Assembly: GCA_027491935.1 (NCBI GenBank)
Contig: JAOZGB010000002.1
Location: forward strand, 19,723-51,722
Length of the DNA: 32,000 nt
Direction of reading: 5' to 3'
From: Thermoproteota archaeon
GTDB lineage: Archaea; Korarchaeota; Korarchaeia; Korarchaeales; JAOZGB01
Every line of letters starts with the position of its first letter. Positions within the stretch are counted from its first letter, which is position 1. The notes beneath the pieces were generated by a model. It worked only from the letters and a program-made list of their open reading frames with translations. It ran no database searches and was not told the origin of the DNA. This document shows, piece by piece, positions 26,612 through 32,000 of this stretch. Both the position numbers and the translations under genes were made by a program.

Positions 26612-27139
26612 CTATTTTTCCAAATCAGATAATATGTTATCCAGGAGCTCGATCAGCTTACTCAGGTTTTCTATGATATTTTCTTTCGCCGTCTGTATAA
26701 GGCTTGCTCCGCATTCCGGACATATAAAATTTTGAGCCATAGCGTCTGAGATGGGCATTCTAGCGTGCGTTGGTTCATTGGCGCATTCATATATGATCTC
26801 TGAAGTTTCGTATTCCAGCCTTTTCTGCAGGTTTTGTCTCATCATTCTTACCCGTCTCTTGACGAGTTTTAGTATTCCCTCTTTGTTAAGTGTCCAGTAG
26901 ACCTCATGGTTTCTGTCGGATTCTGCATTAGTCACTTTTCTGTAGCGCATTATATTTTCGTATTGAAGCTTGAATAGAATTCTCCTCGCGGACGCCGGTT
27001 CTACCCCCAAATCCTCAACTATTCTACTCTCGAGAACCTCGTTGTTTTCTGAGAATGTTTTCTCAAACTTGTCCGCGATGTCCTCGTCGATGCCAATACT
27101 GATAAGTGCAAGTGCGAGAAGTTCAGCTATCTTCCTCAT
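26612..27139 (-). CDS. tfe: Transcription factor E (TFE, TFIIE-alpha homologue)
   Basis: 175 aa; N-terminal winged helix (ARRILFKLQYENIMRYRK), C-terminal zinc-ribbon region YECANEP...FICPECGASL. Confidence 0.8.
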   Translation of the reverse strand: MRKIAELLALALISIGIDEDIADKFEKTFSENNEVLESRIVEDLGVEPASARRILFKLQYENIMRYRKVTNAESDRNHEVYWTLNKEGILKLVKRRVRMMRQNLQKRLEYETSEIIYECANEPTHARMPISDAMAQNFICPECGASLIQTAKENIIENLSKLIELLDNILSDLEK

Positions 27140-27168
27140 AAACTCATCATTTATAGGCTTCCCTTTCT

Positions 27169-27624
27169 TTAAATTTTTGACTGTGACTTCTTCCCTTTTT
27201 TCTTTAGTTTTATAACCTCACCGAGAGTTAGGCTTGTGTCTAACGACTGGGGAGTAGCCGATACGACTGTCTCCTCTGTTTTTTCAAGAATTCTTATACC
27301 TAGAAGTCTCTCAAACTTTTTGGCAAGAGCAATGTCTGGTTTTATTCTTTCGAGTTCTATGTTTTCTAAGTGAGATCTTTTAATCCCTAGTTTGGTCGCA
27401 AGGACCTCTCTCTTTAACTTAAGCCTCTCTCGTGCATTCTTAATAATCTTCCCATATCCGTAAACAAGTGCATAATCCTCTTCTTCGGGCTTACGCTTTT
27501 TGACTGTAGGCTTAGGCTTATGCATTTTTACTGTTGCCTTTCTCCGGAATCTTTTGGGGGAGCATCTTCTACATACGGGTATTGTTCTCCCACCTATCGT
27601 GACCCAGATTGGATCATCTATCAT
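27169..27624 (-). CDS. mbf1: Multiprotein bridging factor 1 (aMBF1): zinc ribbon + XRE-type HTH. 5' end uncertain; the coding sequence probably extends to about 27660
   Basis: HTH block IIKNARERLKLKREVLATKLGIKRSHLENIELERIKPDIALAKKFERLLGI; CRRC half-ribbon after the ATG at 27624; the in-frame upstream codons encode LVLRCEICGR (the first CxxC). Confidence 0.8.
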   Translation of the reverse strand: MIDDPIWVTIGGRTIPVCRRCSPKRFRRKATVKMHKPKPTVKKRKPEEEDYALVYGYGKIIKNARERLKLKREVLATKLGIKRSHLENIELERIKPDIALAKKFERLLGIRILEKTEETVVSATPQSLDTSLTLGEVIKLKKKGKKSQSKI

Positions 27625-27686
27625 CCTTCCACAGATCTCGCATCTGAGGACTAATTTAATGCACCATTTTGGAGTGTATTCCTAAA

Positions 27687-27694
27687 TTTTATAA
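27687..27694. promoter_or_regulatory. Putative shared bidirectional TATA element (TTTTATAA) between mbf1 and nac
   Basis: Palindrome-like AT box lying 24 nt before the nac ATG (27719) and 26 nt before the in-frame ATT (27660) of the mbf1 reading frame. Confidence 0.35.
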
Positions 27695-27718
27695 CACTTT
27701 CAGTCTAATCCCTAGTGA

Positions 27719-28078
27719 ATGCTAGGTAGAAAGATGAGTCCTAGAGCCCTTGCTAGAACCTTGAAGAGGATGGGTATAACGGTTGAGGAGATTCCAGATG
27801 CAACAGAAGTTACTATAAGGACGGGCACGGAAATTATTGTTATCGAGGAACCTAAGATACAAGTTATGAAGATGCAGGGAGAGGAGATATTCCAGATAAC
27901 GGGGAAGACTGTTAGAAAACCATTATTAGTAGAGGAAAGAATTGAGATCCCTGAAGAAGATGTAAAGCTTGTGGCAGAACAGGTTGGATGCAGCCTAGAG
28001 GAGGCGGAGAAGGCACTTATAGAAAGTAAGGGTGATATAGCAGAAGCTATAATAAGGCTGAGGGCTGAGAGAAAATGA
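27719..28078 (+). CDS. nac: Nascent polypeptide-associated complex protein (archaeal NAC, with UBA domain)
   Basis: NAC domain (MGITVEEIPDATEVTIRTGTEIIVIEEPKIQVMKMQGEEIFQI) and C-terminal UBA (EEDVKLVAEQVGCSLEEAEKALIESKGDIAEAIIRL); alternative ATG at 27734. Confidence 0.9.
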   Translation: MLGRKMSPRALARTLKRMGITVEEIPDATEVTIRTGTEIIVIEEPKIQVMKMQGEEIFQITGKTVRKPLLVEERIEIPEEDVKLVAEQVGCSLEEAEKALIESKGDIAEAIIRLRAERK

Positions 28079-28563
28079 AGCTCCTGTGGGCTCCTTGGAG
28101 ACACGAATATGTTAAAAAAGCTGCTAAAGAGGAAGACTGTTTCTTCTGTGTACTGGCTGGAAAAAAGGAGGGGTTAGATTCGTTAATACTTGCGAAAGGG
28201 AAATACTGTTTCACTGTAATGAACAAATATCCATATAACCCTGGCCACTTGTTAATAGCACCCTATAAACATACTAGTAGCATTCACGAGTTAGATTCTC
28301 GAACTTGGGAAGAGATCAGGATGATGTTAATAAAGTGTATTGAATCTTTAAATTCCACCCTAAAACCGGACGGCTTTAATATAGGTATAAATATAGGTAG
28401 AGCCGCTGGTGCAGGGGTGATAGGCCACATACATTTACATGTTGTACCAAGATGGAACGGTGACACAAACTTCATGTCCACCCTCGCCGATACTAAAGTT
28501 ATATCCGCCAGTCTAGCAAGTATATATAAATTGTTATCCAAAAAAATGAGGGAGAGAAGATAA
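28075..28563 (+). CDS. HIT-family nucleotide hydrolase/transferase
   Basis: Histidine triad GHIHLHVVPRW; N-terminal LWAPWRHEY; ATGA overlap with nac. Confidence 0.85.
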   Translation: MKLLWAPWRHEYVKKAAKEEDCFFCVLAGKKEGLDSLILAKGKYCFTVMNKYPYNPGHLLIAPYKHTSSIHELDSRTWEEIRMMLIKCIESLNSTLKPDGFNIGINIGRAAGAGVIGHIHLHVVPRWNGDTNFMSTLADTKVISASLASIYKLLSKKMRERR

Positions 28564-28595
28564 CCTTAATTAATAGATTCATGTTTCTCTTAAGT

Positions 28596-28696
28596 GGGGG
28601 CATGGGGTAGCCTGGTCTAGCCTTCAAGGTTCGGGTGCATAGCAGAGAAACCTTGAGACCTGGGGCCCTGCAGGAATTCAAATCCCAGTGCCCCCA
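28596..28696 (+). tRNA. tRNA-Pro(CGG) with two introns: 14 nt at 37/38 (28636..28649) and 12 nt at 53/54 in the T arm (28665..28676)
   Basis: Hand fold: acceptor GGGGGCA/UGCCCCC+A73, D arm GGGU-AGCCUGGUCUA-GCCU, anticodon stem CAAGG/CCUUG, loop UU-CGG-G[UGCAUAGCAGAGAA]A, variable AGAC, T arm CUGGG[GCCCUGCAGGAA]UUCAAAU-CCCAG; 101 nt precursor, 75 nt mature. Confidence 0.85.
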
Positions 28697-29464
28697 TTAC
28701 AAATTCGTAGCTTGGACCTTTGCAAGTAATGTACCATCAAGCGAGTACAGATGAATTAAAGACTCTTTAATAACGCCCCGCCTGATGATAGGACATGTTG
28801 GTAAACGTTCCCCAATGCGTTTCTCGTTGACTGGAAAACCGGTAATATAAGGATTAAAAGCTGGCATAACAACCAGTTTAGCTTCATCTACGCCGTGAAG
28901 ATTTTTATGGCTAAATACTTTGTTTTTGTCTATCTTCATTTTTAGCCACACTTTTACTGTGTGATCTATTACCACTGATAGCTTATAGGCTGGGTGAATG
29001 TGTCCTATTACGAAGGCACTTGCTTTGTCTAGGAGGGACGAAGGATTTGCATGGCCATGCAAAAATGCGTAATCTCCGATTAACATGCCACTACTTCCTA
29101 TAATAGAAGCGTGTTGGCCTGCTATTTTCTCTATACCAGCGTCATGGTTTCCTTTTATAATAGTAACGTCTGCGAGTTTAGATAGCGCCCTTATAAAATC
29201 CTGCAGCGTGTCTCTATATCTACCCCGTAGTGGGAGGATGTCGTGTTTTACGTCCCCAAGTATTAGTAACCTCTTGAAATTCTCTCTTGCAACGAGTAAA
29301 AGTAGGCTATCGTATAGTCTTTGTGCTTCTGAGACCAGATTACGATAGGGATTCCCTGGATAATTCATTGAGACGCCAAGGTGGATGTCGGCAACGACTA
29401 AAGTTTTACACTTTTCATATTGGAATGTAAATGCTGGTTCTCCCCAGATAGGCTTCACTATCAT
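28697..29464 (-). CDS. Calcineurin-like metallophosphoesterase (COG1407 ICC-like type)
   Basis: Motifs VVADIHLG, ILGDVKHD, KGNHD, LHGH, GHIHP. ATG at 29464 (MIVKPIWGEPAF...) preferred because the track ORF's extra 39 N-terminal codons overlap the divergent gene. The stop abuts the tRNA-Pro 3' end. Confidence 0.8.
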   Translation of the reverse strand: MIVKPIWGEPAFTFQYEKCKTLVVADIHLGVSMNYPGNPYRNLVSEAQRLYDSLLLLVARENFKRLLILGDVKHDILPLRGRYRDTLQDFIRALSKLADVTIIKGNHDAGIEKIAGQHASIIGSSGMLIGDYAFLHGHANPSSLLDKASAFVIGHIHPAYKLSVVIDHTVKVWLKMKIDKNKVFSHKNLHGVDEAKLVVMPAFNPYITGFPVNEKRIGERLPTCPIIRRGVIKESLIHLYSLDGTLLAKVQATNL

Positions 29465-29495
29465 TATAAATCCACTAAGAGAATATAAACAATCA

Positions 29496-29807
29496 ATGAA
29501 TCGCATGGAAATCCGTGAATCTGACAACGTCGAAGCCGAGAATCTTGTGAAAGATGGCAGAGTTAAAAAGTATATCTTCAACGATGTTGTTCTGTGGGTT
29601 GTCGTAGGAAAAGAAAGGGACTACTTGGTTCTCCCAAATATTTACTGTAGCTGTGAGGACTTTTACGTCAGAGTTGTCTCACGGATGGAAAAGAAATATT
29701 GCATCCATTTGATTGCTCAGAAGATAGCTGAGGAGAGTAAAGAGTATGATATATATAGTTTAGATAGGAGAGAACTTAGAAAGATTATTGGCTACCTCCT
29801 CTCCTAG
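29496..29807 (+). CDS. Small SWIM-type zinc-finger protein
   Basis: CxC...CxH pattern (YCSCEDFYVRVVSRMEKKYCIHLIAQK); start set at ATG 29496 (alternative 29505) to avoid overlap with the divergent phosphoesterase. Confidence 0.6.
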   Translation: MNRMEIRESDNVEAENLVKDGRVKKYIFNDVVLWVVVGKERDYLVLPNIYCSCEDFYVRVVSRMEKKYCIHLIAQKIAEESKEYDIYSLDRRELRKIIGYLLS

Positions 29808-30553
29808 CCTTCCACCTTATATACTTTAAATCTAACCTCACTCCTCTTTTCTATCCTCTGAATCTTGCCATCTCTAAGCCAAGCTATCCTATCGCTGACA
29901 GCAAGCATTTTTATATCATGAGTCGCCGTGATTATTGTCACTTCTCTTTCCTCGTTAAGTTCCTTTAGAAGTTTAATTATCTCCATCCCTGTTTCAAGGT
30001 CTAGATTTCCAGTAGGCTCGTCAGCTAAAACTATTGCAGGATTATTGGCCAAAGCCCTAGCAATAGCCACCCTCTGCTGTTGCCCTCCTGAAAGTTCGTA
30101 TGGTTTATGATCTTTGAACTTAAGTAGTCCCACCCTATCTAAAAGTTCAAGTGCCCTCCTCCTTCTCTCCTCGGCTTCCACTCCAGCGAAGATCATTGGA
30201 AGTACCACGTTCTCATATGCTGTCATTACTGGTATAAGATTAAATGTTTGAAAGATGTATCCTATTTTCCTTGCCCGAAGCCAAGCAAGCTCGTAAGCAT
30301 CTAGCTGGGCAATGTCAACCTCGTCTATAAACACCTTGCCGGCCGTAGGCCTGTCGAGCCCTCCTATCATGTTAAACAGGGTTGTTTTGCCCGAGCCGCT
30401 AGGCCCCATTATGCTAAGGTATTCTCCACGGTATATTTTCATATTAATACCATCTAAGGCTTTAACGATGGTGTTTCCCATCTTGTAATATTTCTTTAAC
30501 CCTTCAACTTCAACTGTATATGCATAACTTGCCTCCCCGCCCATCTGGATCAC
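29804..30553 (-). CDS. ABC transporter ATP-binding protein (MacB/LolD-like)
   Basis: Walker A GPSGSGKTT, signature LSGGQQQRVAIARAL, Walker B VLADEPTGNLD, H-loop ATHD. Confidence 0.9.
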   Translation of the reverse strand: MIQMGGEASYAYTVEVEGLKKYYKMGNTIVKALDGINMKIYRGEYLSIMGPSGSGKTTLFNMIGGLDRPTAGKVFIDEVDIAQLDAYELAWLRARKIGYIFQTFNLIPVMTAYENVVLPMIFAGVEAEERRRRALELLDRVGLLKFKDHKPYELSGGQQQRVAIARALANNPAIVLADEPTGNLDLETGMEIIKLLKELNEEREVTIITATHDIKMLAVSDRIAWLRDGKIQRIEKRSEVRFKVYKVEG

Positions 30554-31213
30554 CTAGGCTACAGATCTTAAGGCTTCAGCTGGCTGAAGTTTAGCAGCCC
30601 GGTACGCAGGGTATGATGACATTACAACTGAGAGTACCGTTGAAATTAAGATTGAACTTAACAGGGCTTTCAGGAATTCGATGCCTGGTATTGCAAAGAA
30701 GCTGGATATTCCTATCGTAGATGCATTTAAAACGATTGCCGCAATTATACCTACTATGAACCCGACTACCCCCCCTATAGCGCCGATGAATGCATTCTCA
30801 AGTATAAACATCTCCAGAATATGCTTATCCATAGCCCCTAAGCATTTTAAAGTACCTATTTCACGGACTCTTTCGGCAACTGCCATTAATACTGAGTTGG
30901 TTATGCCGGTTGCTGAAACAAGAAATGCTAGAAATAGCATCCACCAGTAATATTCTGATATGACTTGCTGGGCGCCCAGAGTATATTTCAACGCGGATGC
31001 TGTTAACATTAAGGTGGTGTAAAATGCTATTGAAAGGACGATACCGCTCATGGTTAAGAGAGCCCTTGTTAACCTTTTCATGATGTTTTCTATTACAAGC
31101 TTAAGTGTTTCACTAAGGGGGAAGTAGATCTTACCCTCTGTAATAATTTGTTTTTTCATATGCTCTCTACTATCTTTCAGAGGGTTCTTATGAAAAATTT
31201 TTCTTAGGAACAT
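30554..31213 (-). CDS. ABC transporter permease, FtsX/MacB-type 4-TM domain (short form without a large extracytoplasmic loop)
   Basis: ENIMKRLTRALLTMSGIVLSIAF (TM1), RVREIGTLKCLGA amphipathic linker, C-terminal YPAYRAAKLQPAEALR; contiguous with the ATPase gene. Confidence 0.8.
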   Translation of the reverse strand: MFLRKIFHKNPLKDSREHMKKQIITEGKIYFPLSETLKLVIENIMKRLTRALLTMSGIVLSIAFYTTLMLTASALKYTLGAQQVISEYYWWMLFLAFLVSATGITNSVLMAVAERVREIGTLKCLGAMDKHILEMFILENAFIGAIGGVVGFIVGIIAAIVLNASTIGISSFFAIPGIEFLKALLSSILISTVLSVVMSSYPAYRAAKLQPAEALRSVA

Positions 31214-31268
31214 CGACTATTACTAATAAATTTTATAAAGGATATTCGACGGCTAGTTTAAGAGTGGT

Positions 31269-32000
31269 ATGGAAATTAAGGAGCAACATGGTCGGATAAT
31301 ACGTGAAATGGTTGCAAAAAAGATAGCGGGCGATATACTTTTCTCACAAAACATAGGTCTAGCTATGCGAAAGTGGAGAGAGTTTTTTGGAATAAAACAA
31401 AGTCAACTCGCTTCTCTATTAAACGTCTCACCCTCCGTGATTTCTGACTATGAATCCGGGAGGAGAAAAAGTCCGGGCTCTCTAGTGTTAAGAAGGTTCA
31501 TTGAAACTCTTATAAAGGTGGACGAAGATAGAGGTGGAAATACGATAGCACTTCTATCAAAGACGACAGGTTTGAGTTCGACCCTTATAGGGATAGTAGA
31601 CATTAAGGAATTTGCAACTCCTATGTCAGTGGAGGAGCTCATTGATAGGGTTAAGGGTGAAGTGCTATTCGGAACCGAGTATCTGAATGAATTTATGTAT
31701 GGGTATACGATAATAGATAGCATAGAAGCGATAAAGAGGCTTGCAGGTTTTAACGACTTTATGCAACTCTTTGGGATGACGACGGAGAGGGCTTTAATAT
31801 TTACAAGAGTTACAACAGGTAGGTCGCCGATGATTGCTTTAAAAATTGTAAACATCAAACCCTGCGCTGTGGTTATACATGGTACGGAAACTGCTGACGA
31901 GCTAGCTATAGAGCTTGCTAAAATAATGAAAATTCCATTTATATTGTCCAAAGCAGAAAGTGTCGAAGAGATCATTAACAGAATGAGGGGTCTGGCAGGC
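31269..32000 (+). CDS. XRE-type HTH transcriptional regulator with an uncharacterised C-terminal domain (3' end beyond window)
   Basis: Own translation from ATG 31269: MEIKEQHGRIIREMVAKK...LAMRKWREFFGIKQSQLASLLNVSPSVISDYESGRRKSPG (HTH_3-like), open to the window end; absent from ORF track because it runs off the window. Confidence 0.7.
   Translation, partial: MEIKEQHGRIIREMVAKKIAGDILFSQNIGLAMRKWREFFGIKQSQLASLLNVSPSVISDYESGRRKSPGSLVLRRFIETLIKVDEDRGGNTIALLSKTTGLSSTLIGIVDIKEFATPMSVEELIDRVKGEVLFGTEYLNEFMYGYTIIDSIEAIKRLAGFNDFMQLFGMTTERALIFTRVTTGRSPMIALKIVNIKPCAVVIHGTETADELAIELAKIMKIPFILSKAESVEEIINRMRGLAG

Noticed and set aside
27625-27680. A possible small BHB intron fusing the out-of-frame upstream ATG (in AAAATGGTG) to the MBF1 zinc-ribbon frame
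   Set aside because: I tested deletions of 13 and 16 nt, which would restore the frame. Neither places its junctions next to a complementary 4-bp helix, because the exon side is AAAA with no UUUU partner.
27712-28104. 130-aa ORF antisense to the whole nac gene
   Set aside because: Low-complexity Ser/Ile/Leu-rich translation with no motif. The sense strand encodes a clear NAC+UBA protein. Long antisense ORFs are expected opposite purine-rich (GAR/AAR) coding sequence.
31448-31975. 175-aa minus-strand ORF in the last 600 nt
   Set aside because: It is antisense to a plus-strand frame, open from 31269 to the window end, that has a recognisable XRE-type HTH. The antisense product is Ser/Ile-rich and featureless.
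1-32000. Search for CRISPR repeats, IS elements or transposases, integrase or att sites at tRNA genes, toxin-antitoxin pairs and defence genes
   Set aside because: I found no spaced direct repeats, no terminal inverted repeats, no recombinase-like ORFs, and no duplicated tRNA 3' halves flanking the tRNA genes. Composition is uniform apart from the GC-rich RNA genes.

Overview
This window looks like a core information-processing region of a hyperthermophilic archaeon of the Thermoproteota/Crenarchaeota type. Coding DNA is roughly 40-45% GC, while the structural RNA genes are very GC-rich.

From about 5.9 kb to 25.8 kb, almost every gene is on the minus strand, forming a ribosomal-protein, transcription and translation supercluster. 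In transcription order it reads: L22-S3-L29-Rpp29-S17-L14-L24-S4e-L5-S14-S8-L6-L32e-L19e-L18-S5-L30-L15-SecY-DUF106 insertase-L14e-Cbf5, tRNA-Ser, S13-S4-S11-hypothetical-RpoD, tRNA-Leu, L18e-L13-S9-aIF5A-SRP54-Pus10-L21e-RpoF-DUF655.

The flanks carry:
- Housekeeping enzymes: a Gfo/Idh/MocA oxidoreductase, DUF362, HMG-CoA reductase, a PHP phosphoesterase, NMN adenylyltransferase and a PIN/PilT-type ATPase.
- SRP (7S) RNA and three more tRNAs.
- TFE, MBF1, NAC and a HIT hydrolase.
- A metallophosphoesterase/SWIM gene pair, a two-gene MacB/FtsX-like ABC transporter and an HTH regulator.

I found no CRISPR array, transposase, integrase or recognisable defence island. The ORF track misses three genes that I read directly from the sequence: S14, the 5' partial oxidoreductase and the 3' partial HTH gene.

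The most notable signal is RNA splicing by bulge-helix-bulge (BHB) motifs:
- cbf5 is split by a 20-nt intron that interrupts the catalytic Asp codon.
- All five tRNA genes carry introns, eight in total. Five of these sit at non-canonical positions: D-loop, 25/26, 29/30, variable arm and 53/54.
- Six of the eight share an identical 12-nt minimal architecture.

These phenomena are known in Crenarchaeota, so they are noteworthy rather than new. I cannot support a claim of an undescribed system. The best candidates for follow-up are an uncharacterised 278-aa ORF inserted between rps11 and rpoD, and an MBF1 gene whose zinc-ribbon coding sequence starts upstream of any canonical start codon.

All calls rest on motif recognition by eye. 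No homology search or folding program was run, and start codons are approximate.
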